A model generated the notes under the pieces. It saw only the letters and a program-made list of their open reading frames with translations. It was not told where the DNA came from and did not search any database. 56,777 nt of DNA from Bacteroidales bacterium (GTDB lineage: Bacteria > Bacteroidota > Bacteroidia > Bacteroidales > JAIPAP01), in assembly GCA_021740045.1 (NCBI GenBank), contig JAIPAP010000006.1, forward strand, positions 1 through 56,777. The letters are read 5' to 3'. Both the position numbers and the translations under genes were made by a program. Position 1 is the first letter of the stretch. Every line of letters begins with the position of its first letter. Below, one piece after another: positions 39,825 to 47,625 of this stretch.

Positions 39825-39862
39825 TTGACAACCTGCCAGCCGGCTGGTTTGAATATTTGACC

Positions 39863-39900
39863 ATTAAAATCCCGCCTGTGGCGGGATTTTAATTTTTTTT
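39863..39900 (+). terminator. Hairpin / intrinsic terminator after the FISUMP gene
   Basis: ATTAAAATCCCGCC-TGT-GGCGGGATTTTAAT followed by a T tract. Confidence 0.8.
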
Positions 39901-40060
39901 ATGCAGGTAAAAGAAATACTGGAAAACGAAGATCAGAAAAATATTTACCTATATAAAACTGGATTATTCTGGCGGGTATATGAATATTCGGCGTTTCATT
40001 TTTTACGCATATTAGCGTATTCAAGCTGATAATAAGGTATTATAGAGTGGTACGTAGGAC
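39901..40060 (+). pseudogene. Frameshifted, truncated remnant of a MutS-N-terminal-like (MSL-type) DGR accessory gene
   Basis: MQVKEILENEDQKNIYLYKTGLFWRVYEYSAFHF, then after a 1-nt shift in the T6 run (39999-40004) THISVFKLIIRYYRVV. Not in the ORF track. End approximate. Confidence 0.6.
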
Positions 40061-40106
40061 GCCTGAGACAATCCCTCGGCAATCAGTATTTTGCAGAACA
40101 GTGAGC

Positions 40107-40210
40107 TGGAGCACGTTTCAGGCGGAGTGCATTTGGTTTCCTCAATGCGCTGGCTCGTTGGATTGCAGGGACTTAACGCGTACCCATAAAATTCCCTCGT
40201 TTTGAACGAG
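40107..40210 (+). repeat. 104-105 nt hairpin element, copy C
   Basis: TGGAGCACGTTTCAGGC...TGCAGGGACTTAACGCGTACCC...CTCGTTTTGAACGAG. Confidence 0.8.
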
Positions 40211-40295
40211 ATGGAAAAATTGTTTACCAACATTAGGATTGGTTTTTTTACCAATGGGCCGTGTGTTATCTCGCTAAAAGCGAGTGAAATCAATC

Positions 40296-40321
40296 GGCAC
40301 GCGTTGCAAACGCGCGCCAGC
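40296..40321 (-). repeat. REP-like palindrome
   Basis: Minus strand GCTGGCGCGCGTTTGCAACGCGTGCC. Confidence 0.8.
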
Positions 40322-40456
40322 CAACGGGTTGTGGAGTTCTGAAGAAAAATTAGTAATTGATAGAGATGCCGGAGAAGCGTATTTTATTCAGGATATAGAA
40401 TGCACAATGAAAATCCTTATCCGTAAGCTTAACGCAGAACAGTTCGATGGCGCGCG

Positions 40457-42320
40457 GTGTGCCGTGAGTAAAGCGTTCTTTACATAACTGCAAATAAGAT
40501 GGTGGAGCGGGCCCACCGGAGTCTCTCTGCAGGGAGCGGCTTCAAACAACTGTTTTAATGCATGGGAAGTGATTCTTGTGTGTTGAGCGAAAACAGAAAA
40601 GGCTGAACGATTATCAGTCATGTGCGGATAAAAGAGATGAACGAAAGTGAACCTTTGATGAAGCATCGAGAAATCTAAACTATCTGCCAAAACCACGATT
40701 TCGCGCGGTTAGTGGGATAAGCATAGCGGGAACCTGTTTACTGGCTATGTGGTAGACGTTGTTAAGAAGGCATGACTTTTATCCAGGCTTGTTTGCGGAA
40801 CACGGGAAGCCTCTTGCTGATGCAAAAAGGAAAGTACAAGCGTAAAAGCAAGGCAATTACTAATGCAGCAAGAGGTGGCGGATGAACTCGTAGTAGCGAA
40901 GAAGCTTCTGTAACGGAAGTGGAGCGAAGGGGTTCAATCATACAGTTTTCAACTTATAAACAACTCATCAGATGAGAAGGATTTTTAACGAGAAAACAAA
41001 ACCCTTACCCATCAGTAAGGAAATGGTGTGGAAGGCTTACAAGAAAGTCAGATCGAACAAAGGAAGTGCAGGAGTTGACAATGAGAGCATCCAAAAGTTC
41101 GAGGAGAACCTCTCGGACAACCTGTATAAACTTTGGAACCGGCTGGCTTCAGGGAGCTATTTCCCACCGGCAGTCAAAGAACAGGAGATTAACAAGGATA
41201 ACGGGAAGAAAAGAAAGCTCGGCATCCCGACAGTCTCCGACAGGATTGCCCAACAGGTGATAAAGGAATACCTGGAACCAAGACTGGAAAAGGAATTCCA
41301 TGAATCATCCTATGGGTATCGACCATTCAGGAATGCGCATCAAGCCTTGACAAAAGTCAGGGAAAATGCCCGCAAATATGCCTGGGTAATCGACCTTGAC
41401 ATAACGGCCTTCTTTGATCATGTCGATCACAAGAAGCTGTTAACCGCCCTTGAATGGCACGCCAAGGAGAAATGGGTCAACATGTATGTAAAGAGATGGT
41501 TAGAAGCGCCAATAGCCAAGGCTAATGGTGAATTAGAAGAAAAGAAAGGCAGAGGCACTCCACAAGGCGGTGTTATCAGTCCTTTACTGGCTAACCTATA
41601 CCTTCATTATACATTTGACAAATGGATGGCCAAGCACTTTCCAACCATTACCTTTGTACGCTATGCAGATGACATCGTCATTCATTGCGTAAGTGAAAAA
41701 CAATCGCTGTATGTTCTGGGAAAACTCAAACAAAGGCTGTCAGATTGCAATTTAACCATACACCCGGAAAAGACTCATGTGGTTTACTGCAAGGCTAGTA
41801 AGCGAAAACCAGTTCTAACAGGGAAAAGGGTAAAATTCGATTTTCTCGGTTTCAGTTTTCGCCCTGAAAGCAAGTGGTCAAAACATGGGGATATGTCCCT
41901 GGGGTATGACTGCAAGATAAGCCAGAAATCGTATTCGAAGATCGTTAAGGAAATTAAACGCACTCGTTTCGACAGATGGGCCAAATCGTGGCAGGAGATT
42001 GCAGATTTACTGAACAGCAAAATACGGGGATGGGTCCAATACTATGATGGATTCCGTTCCCGTGCAATGTCGAAAGTTTTCCACCGACTGCACAACCGAC
42101 TGATAAAATGGATTATGAACCGGTACAAAAGGTTTAGAGGCAAGAAACGGAAAGCGATAGCTTACCTAAAGTTTATCTATCGCCGTTATCCTTATTTGTT
42201 CTACCACTGGAGTATCGGTTACCATTTGGTATAGTTTGTATGATAGGAGCCGTATGACGGGAGACTGTCACGTACGGTTCTGTGAGAGGCATGGGGTGAA
42301 ACTCCCTGTGCCTACTCGAC
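40457..42320 (+). mobile_element. Group II intron (IIB, bacterial class D / RmInt1-like), 1864 nt
   Basis: 5' GTGTG; domain V GAGCCGTATGACGGGAGACTGTCACGTACGGTTC at 42247-42280; domain VI ending CCTACTCGAC; EBS1 40702-40707 and EBS2 40664-40669 complementary to the 5' exon; removal restores a repeat copy. Confidence 0.93.
40972..42234 (+). CDS. ltrA: Group II intron reverse transcriptase/maturase without endonuclease domain
   Basis: NKGSAGVD...NLYKLWNRLASGSYFPP, LGIPTVSDRIAQ, GTPQGGVISPLLAN, RYADD, FDFLGF, X domain IRGWVQYY. Confidence 0.95.
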   Translation: MRRIFNEKTKPLPISKEMVWKAYKKVRSNKGSAGVDNESIQKFEENLSDNLYKLWNRLASGSYFPPAVKEQEINKDNGKKRKLGIPTVSDRIAQQVIKEYLEPRLEKEFHESSYGYRPFRNAHQALTKVRENARKYAWVIDLDITAFFDHVDHKKLLTALEWHAKEKWVNMYVKRWLEAPIAKANGELEEKKGRGTPQGGVISPLLANLYLHYTFDKWMAKHFPTITFVRYADDIVIHCVSEKQSLYVLGKLKQRLSDCNLTIHPEKTHVVYCKASKRKPVLTGKRVKFDFLGFSFRPESKWSKHGDMSLGYDCKISQKSYSKIVKEIKRTRFDRWAKSWQEIADLLNSKIRGWVQYYDGFRSRAMSKVFHRLHNRLIKWIMNRYKRFRGKKRKAIAYLKFIYRRYPYLFYHWSIGYHLV

Positions 42321-42415
42321 TTTCAGGCTAATTGCAATTCATTTCTTCAATGTACTGGCCTTATCAAATGCAGGTGCTTAACGCGTGCCCAATAAAACCC
42401 CTCGTTTGTAAAGAG
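42321..42415 (+). repeat. 104-105 nt hairpin element, copy D (3' part; its first 9 nt are 40448-40456)
   Basis: TGGCGCGCG|TTTCAGGC...TGCAGGTGCTTAACGCGTGCCC...CTCGTTTGTAAAGAG; 9+95 = 104 nt. Confidence 0.85.
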
Positions 42416-42579
42416 ATTTTAAATCCACTTGCCAGAGGCTGGATAGATAGAACAATTGCACAAGGTTTGCAAACCTTTCCCAGGTCTAAAGGTGCAGCTT
42501 CACGGTTGGAAACCCTATACCTGCATTAAAATAGTATTCAAAAGTTTTCAACACCGCCGTTTCTTTATACGATCCCTTA

Positions 42580-42587
42580 TATTTTTG
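42580..42587 (+). promoter_or_regulatory. -7 promoter element for the SNF2 gene
   Basis: TATTTTTG matches TAnnTTTG. Confidence 0.55.
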
Positions 42588-42604
42588 TAGAAAGAAAGAA
42601 TATT

Positions 42605-45600
42605 ATGGCTCAATCATTCCATAATTCACAGGTAAAGACCAAATTATCGATGATGCTGGAATTCATTGATTTTGGCTCGCATGCCCGGGGTGCGCATTTA
42701 TTCGAAAAAGGACATGTAAAATCCTGGCGGGTGAATAATGAAAACGTTACAATAGAAGTGGATGTGCTCGCTTCGGCATCCAATAAAACCTACAAGGTGG
42801 AGCTTACCTTTAATAATTTGCTTAAAAGTACTTGTTCATGTCCCTACAACTGGGGACTATGTAAACATACGGCAGCGGCAGCCTACAAGTTACTGCAACA
42901 TGTTCATAACAAGAATACACCCATATTTGCCCTGGACCAGTCGAATACCGTAGTAGTAATTCCCTTGCTTACCGAGGAATGGATATCGGGTAACACACCA
43001 CCTCGCTTAAAAGGTGAAGTTAAACGGCTTGAAGAAAATGCCGGTTTTGAACTACAGAAGATCGAACAAGGCGAAATTGTGGTAAAACTGCAAAGCGGAA
43101 GACATTCTTATCCGGTAAGTTTCAAGGTGGAAAAACAGGACACATCCGTCATTACATCCTGCAAATGCAAGGAAGGACGTTTTCCGCTTTGCAAACATAA
43201 GCTGGCAGCATTTCGCTACCTCCATACAAATAAGGGTGAAGACGCCCTGGAACAATCCCTGAACTGGTATTATGAGAAAAAGGCCATTATCGACGATTTG
43301 GGGCTTTCGGAAGAGGTTGTTAATAAATATTCAAAGCTTTTTAAGTTTTACTTTGAAAACCGCGACATTTACCTAATGCAGACTCACGGTTCTCTGCTAT
43401 TGAAACATGAGCTTGATATAATACCCCAAGCCAAGGTGATCCCTGAGCAAGTGGAACCCCCGGTAATGGATGATTTTCAGGAGCTGGGGTTGGCCTATGT
43501 GCTTAAATTCAAATATGTTGATCATCCTGTTCCCGATTTGGAAGTGATTCCGGCTTTTGGAAAAATGAACAAGAATAAAGACCGCATAAAAAGCCATTTT
43601 GAAAGAATTGAAAACCCGCTTGAAAACACGGTATTCTTAGAATTGGCCAGGGCAAAGGATTATGATATCATCAGGGAAGCCGGAAAGCTCTACAAAGTTA
43701 TGGCAAAAATTCAGTATTTTGATTATTACGAAGACCCCTATGAATATATCAATATGCTGAGGGTGCTCAATATCCTCAATCCTTTGTTAAATAGATTATC
43801 CGGTAGTTTGACCTATATTTTCGAGGATGACGGTCTGGACATGAAGCTTAAGGATTGCCGGCATGTTTATATTTCGGAAGACCCCATGAAGGCTAAAATT
43901 AAACAAACGTCCAATGAGCTTCTGCAGGAACTTCATATCACTTATTATCAAAAGGATAAAAAGCATGATTTAAGCCCGGAGGATACTGCTTATTTTTGGT
44001 TGTTGAAAAAGGGCCAAATCATCTTTCCCTGGCATAATGCCGGCACCCTTTACCTGTATTCCCTCTCGGATACCGGGCATTCCGGAAAGCTCAGGTTTTT
44101 GAGCGAGCACTATAATGCTGTATTTGAGCGGTTTGTTCAGTTTTTTCATGATAAGGTTGAAATGGAGTTGGCCGATGCCAATAAGGAGTCGCATCAGGAT
44201 GTTGAACCCGACAGGAAAATCTACATCAAGGAACAAAGCGGCTATATTATGTTCTTTCCGGTATTAGCCTATGACGAAAAAGAAATCAGTGCAGTTCATC
44301 CTTCCGAAGGATACCTTTTTCACCAAAAAGATGAGCAGGTCATTAAGTATGAACGCAAGCCGGAGCTCGAAACGGATTTCTTAAACTTGTTCAAAAACAC
44401 CCATTCTGCCTTTGACCAACAGCAGCAAGACAACTACTATTACTTATCACCCGAACAGATGCTGGAGGACAACTGGTTTATTGACTTTTATGAACAATGC
44501 AAATCCCATGAGATCGAAGTATATGGATTCAAGGATTTGAAATCCATTAAATATTACCCGGCCCATCCCAGTGTAAGTTATTCCATAAAATCGGGTGAAG
44601 ATTGGTTTGATATGGAAATGCAGGTGGATTACGACAATCACCCGGTTTCACTGAAAGACCTTCGGAAAGCAGTGATCAACAAAGAGAAAATGGTACCCAT
44701 AGGCAATGGTATGTATGGAATGCTCCCGGAGGATTTTGTCAGAAAGTTCGAAACCGCCTTGAAATTCGGGGAAATTGATGAGGATAAGGTCTCTTTCCAA
44801 AAATCGCAGTTTTCCATTATTCACTCCCTGCTCGATCAGCAATCGGATGGGCAAATTGCCGAGGAACTGGCTGAAAAAATGCAGTTGCTCAAATCGTTTA
44901 ATGAGATCACTGCCATAAATCCCCCTTCAAAACTCAAAGCTGAATTGCGTGATTACCAGAAAGCGGGTTTGTCATGGCTGGCTTTCCTGGCTAAGTACAA
45001 TTTTGGCGGTTGCCTGGCCGATGATATGGGCCTGGGCAAAACAGTGCAAATGCTGGCCTTTTTCCTCCACTTGAAAGAACAACAACCACGCAAAAAATAC
45101 ACGCACCTGGTGGTTTGCCCTACAACCCTGTTGTTCAACTGGGAAAACGAGATTGCCAAATTTGCTCCCCAACTGAAAACCGATGTGCATTGGGGAAATA
45201 CCCGGAATTTTGAAAAAAAGGAATGGAGGAAAAAAGACGTTATCCTCACCACTTACGGCACCATGGTAAACGACATTGAACAACTGCATGAATTTCGTTT
45301 TACCACGGTTGTATTCGATGAATCGCAGGCCATGAAAAACCCATCTTCATTGCGGTTTAAAGCGGCTTTATTGATTCAAGCCGATTACCGCTTTTCGCTC
45401 ACCGGCACACCCATCGAAAACAATACCATTGAGCTTTTCTCGCAAATGCATGTGCTCAACAAAGGGCTGTTAGGGAATTTCAACTTTTTCCGAAAAACTT
45501 ACGGCAAAAACATGAACGGGGACGGGAGCACACATTTGCGGGCCGAACTGCGTAAGATGGTATATCCGTTTATTCTGAGGCGAACCAAAGAAAAGGTAGC

Positions 45601-46333
45601 CTCCGAGTTGCCCGAAAAATCGGAAATGGAGCTTTATTGCGAAATGGGCGATCACCAGCGACAAATATATGATGTTTTCAGAGCTAAATACAAAAATCAG
45701 TTAATCAGTAAGATTGAAGAAGAAGGCATGAATAAAGCCCGATTTAATGTGCTGGACGGTATCCTGAAACTAAGGCAAATCTGCGATTCCCCGTCGCTGG
45801 TCAATACCGATGAATACTATGGTGATGAATCGGTAAAGGCTGAAGAATTAATCCGGCATATCATGGAGAAAACCACCAATCATAAAGTGCTCGTTTTTTC
45901 GCAGTTCGTTAAGATGCTTGACCTGATCCGGACCCGGTTGGAAAGTGAAGGCATTACATACACCTCACTTGATGGCAGCACCCGTGACCGGCAGGAACGG
46001 GTTGAATATTTTCAAAATTCCGATGAATGCCGTGTTTTTCTCATCAGCTTGAAAGCAGGTGGATATGGCCTGAATTTAACAGCTGCCGATTACGTATACC
46101 TGGTCGATCCCTGGTGGAACCCGGCCGTGGAAACCCAGGCCATCGACCGCACACACCGGATTGGACAAGACAAAAAAGTTTTTGCCTACCGGATGATCTG
46201 CAAAAATACCATTGAGGAAAAAATCCTCAACTTGCAGAAGAGGAAGAGAAGCCTTGCTGAGGATATCATTACCGAAGAAAGTAGTTTTGTGAAAAACCTT
46301 ACCAAGAAGGATATTGAGCATTTGTTTAGCTAA
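42605..46333 (+). CDS. SWIM zinc-finger SNF2 family helicase
   Basis: Two SWIM motifs (CSC...CKH, CKC...CKH); LADDMGLGKT, DESQ, LTGTPIENN, QAIDRTHRIGQ. Confidence 0.93.
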   Translation: MAQSFHNSQVKTKLSMMLEFIDFGSHARGAHLFEKGHVKSWRVNNENVTIEVDVLASASNKTYKVELTFNNLLKSTCSCPYNWGLCKHTAAAAYKLLQHVHNKNTPIFALDQSNTVVVIPLLTEEWISGNTPPRLKGEVKRLEENAGFELQKIEQGEIVVKLQSGRHSYPVSFKVEKQDTSVITSCKCKEGRFPLCKHKLAAFRYLHTNKGEDALEQSLNWYYEKKAIIDDLGLSEEVVNKYSKLFKFYFENRDIYLMQTHGSLLLKHELDIIPQAKVIPEQVEPPVMDDFQELGLAYVLKFKYVDHPVPDLEVIPAFGKMNKNKDRIKSHFERIENPLENTVFLELARAKDYDIIREAGKLYKVMAKIQYFDYYEDPYEYINMLRVLNILNPLLNRLSGSLTYIFEDDGLDMKLKDCRHVYISEDPMKAKIKQTSNELLQELHITYYQKDKKHDLSPEDTAYFWLLKKGQIIFPWHNAGTLYLYSLSDTGHSGKLRFLSEHYNAVFERFVQFFHDKVEMELADANKESHQDVEPDRKIYIKEQSGYIMFFPVLAYDEKEISAVHPSEGYLFHQKDEQVIKYERKPELETDFLNLFKNTHSAFDQQQQDNYYYLSPEQMLEDNWFIDFYEQCKSHEIEVYGFKDLKSIKYYPAHPSVSYSIKSGEDWFDMEMQVDYDNHPVSLKDLRKAVINKEKMVPIGNGMYGMLPEDFVRKFETALKFGEIDEDKVSFQKSQFSIIHSLLDQQSDGQIAEELAEKMQLLKSFNEITAINPPSKLKAELRDYQKAGLSWLAFLAKYNFGGCLADDMGLGKTVQMLAFFLHLKEQQPRKKYTHLVVCPTTLLFNWENEIAKFAPQLKTDVHWGNTRNFEKKEWRKKDVILTTYGTMVNDIEQLHEFRFTTVVFDESQAMKNPSSLRFKAALLIQADYRFSLTGTPIENNTIELFSQMHVLNKGLLGNFNFFRKTYGKNMNGDGSTHLRAELRKMVYPFILRRTKEKVASELPEKSEMELYCEMGDHQRQIYDVFRAKYKNQLISKIEEEGMNKARFNVLDGILKLRQICDSPSLVNTDEYYGDESVKAEELIRHIMEKTTNHKVLVFSQFVKMLDLIRTRLESEGITYTSLDGSTRDRQERVEYFQNSDECRVFLISLKAGGYGLNLTAADYVYLVDPWWNPAVETQAIDRTHRIGQDKKVFAYRMICKNTIEEKILNLQKRKRSLAEDIITEESSFVKNLTKKDIEHLFS

Positions 46334-46394
46334 GTGAACTTTACCCATCAATTTATGTTTCCCCCATGTATAAAAATCCATAAAAAAAAGTGAT

Positions 46395-46616
46395 ATGAAA
46401 AAGAACATGGGAACAATTGATAAGGTTATTCGCCTTTTGATAGTGGTAGCTGTGGCTGCATTGTATTTCACCAATGTAATTTCCGGCACACCTGCAATCA
46501 TTCTCGGTGTGGTTGCCCTGATCATGTTGATCACCTCCCTGACCGGTTTTTGCGGACTGTATTCGATATTTGGTATCAGTACCTGCAAAGTTAAACCACA
46601 GGAAAAGGAAGGATAG
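46395..46616 (+). CDS. DUF2892 (YgaP-like) small membrane protein
   Basis: MKKNMGTIDKVIR...two TM segments...GFCGLYSIFGISTC. Confidence 0.88.
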   Translation: MKKNMGTIDKVIRLLIVVAVAALYFTNVISGTPAIILGVVALIMLITSLTGFCGLYSIFGISTCKVKPQEKEG

Positions 46617-46728
46617 CAAGTTATTAGTTGGAAATTTTGACCAATAAACTTTAGAGACGTTCGAAGAGACTGGGGAATGAAGATATGAGATGTGAATGTT
46701 GAGTGGGAATTTTACTTATGCTCTGCAA

Positions 46729-46845
46729 TCCATGCTCCATGCTCCATGCTCCATGCTCTTTATTAAAGCTGGAAAATTTATTGTCGCACTGACCAGTTCT
46801 GGTTCTATTTTCTATTTTCTACCATCTACCATCTATCTTCTTCCT
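46729..46845. repeat. Heptamer short tandem repeats
   Basis: (TCCATGC)4 at 46729-46756; six TCT-initiated heptamers (TCTATTT x2, TCTACCA x2, TCTATCT, TCTTCCT) at 46804-46845. Confidence 0.75.
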
Positions 46846-47612
46846 CAAAACCCATACACCATAAAACCACCATCCACTGGCAGGCATTGTCCGGTTATGT
46901 AAGCAGCAGCAGGCATGCAAAGAAATGAAACTGCAGCAGCAACATCTTCGGGATTTCCAATCTTGCGCAAGGGTGTGCGGCCGATTACGGCATCGTAATA
47001 TTTCTCATCATTCAATACACCTTCTGTAAGCGGGGTTTTGATGTACCAGGGAGCGACTGCATTAACCCTTATTCCGGCTTCGCCCCATTCCAGGGCCAGG
47101 TTCTTGGTCATTTGTATCATGGCTGCTTTGGTCATGGCATAAATAGCGCCGGTTCGCATGGCGGTTAAGCCCGAAACTGAAGAAACATTTACAACAGATC
47201 CTTTTTTAGCTTTTAATAACAAAGGATAACATTTAACGGATAGCTCAAATGCTGAGGTTAAATTTGTTTGTAAAATGTGCTGATATTCGTTACCGGAGTA
47301 TTCAACAGCCTTTTTACGGATGTTGGTGCCCACATTGTTGATGAGTATGTCCAGCATTCCCCATTTTTCGGTAACATCATCGAGAAGATTTAGGCGCTCT
47401 TCTTTCCGGCTCACATCGGCCGCCATACCCAAAGCTTTATAACCATTATCCGCTAGTTCGTTTATGATATGGTCTACTTCCTGTTTGGTGCGTGAAACTA
47501 TGTAGATTTCAGCTCCCAGTGAAGCAAACTCATGGGCAATTGCCTTGCCAATTCCTTTAGTTCCCCCTGTGATCAATGCCTTTTTTCCTCGAAGGTTCCA
47601 TCTGTTGTCCAT
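46845..47612 (-). CDS. SDR oxidoreductase, tropinone-reductase-like
   Basis: TGGTKGIG, NNVG, YAMTK, VNAVAPWYI. Confidence 0.9.
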   Translation of the reverse strand: MDNRWNLRGKKALITGGTKGIGKAIAHEFASLGAEIYIVSRTKQEVDHIINELADNGYKALGMAADVSRKEERLNLLDDVTEKWGMLDILINNVGTNIRKKAVEYSGNEYQHILQTNLTSAFELSVKCYPLLLKAKKGSVVNVSSVSGLTAMRTGAIYAMTKAAMIQMTKNLALEWGEAGIRVNAVAPWYIKTPLTEGVLNDEKYYDAVIGRTPLRKIGNPEDVAAAVSFLCMPAAAYITGQCLPVDGGFMVYGF

Positions 47613-47625
47613 AGCTTTTTTAAAT

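Noticed and set aside
40972-42234. RT next to the FISUMP gene as the DGR reverse transcriptase
   Set aside because: It has group II intron motifs (PQGGVISP, YADD, X domain) and sits inside a complete intron with domains V/VI and matching EBS/IBS. It lacks the DGR-type GNxxSQ motif.
31059-42415. 104-nt elements as integron attC sites
   Set aside because: Each has RYYYAAC, but on the 3' arm with GTT on the 5' arm, the reverse of attC order. No GTTRRRY follows, and there is no integrase or cassette array.
31059-42415. CRISPR array (32-nt variable cores between conserved flanks)
   Set aside because: Copies are dispersed rather than tandem, cores of copies C and D are similar to each other, and there are no cas genes.
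5418-42415. Integrative element with tRNA-Arg as attB
   Set aside because: The tRNA 3' duplication is only about 60 bp downstream of the tRNA, no distant att copy was seen, and no integrase is present.
39825-42604. DGR template repeat near the target gene
   Set aside because: No AAC/AAT-rich copy of the VR scaffold is visible on either strand here or in 35205-35750. The internal FISUMP copies are coding and not A-rich enough.
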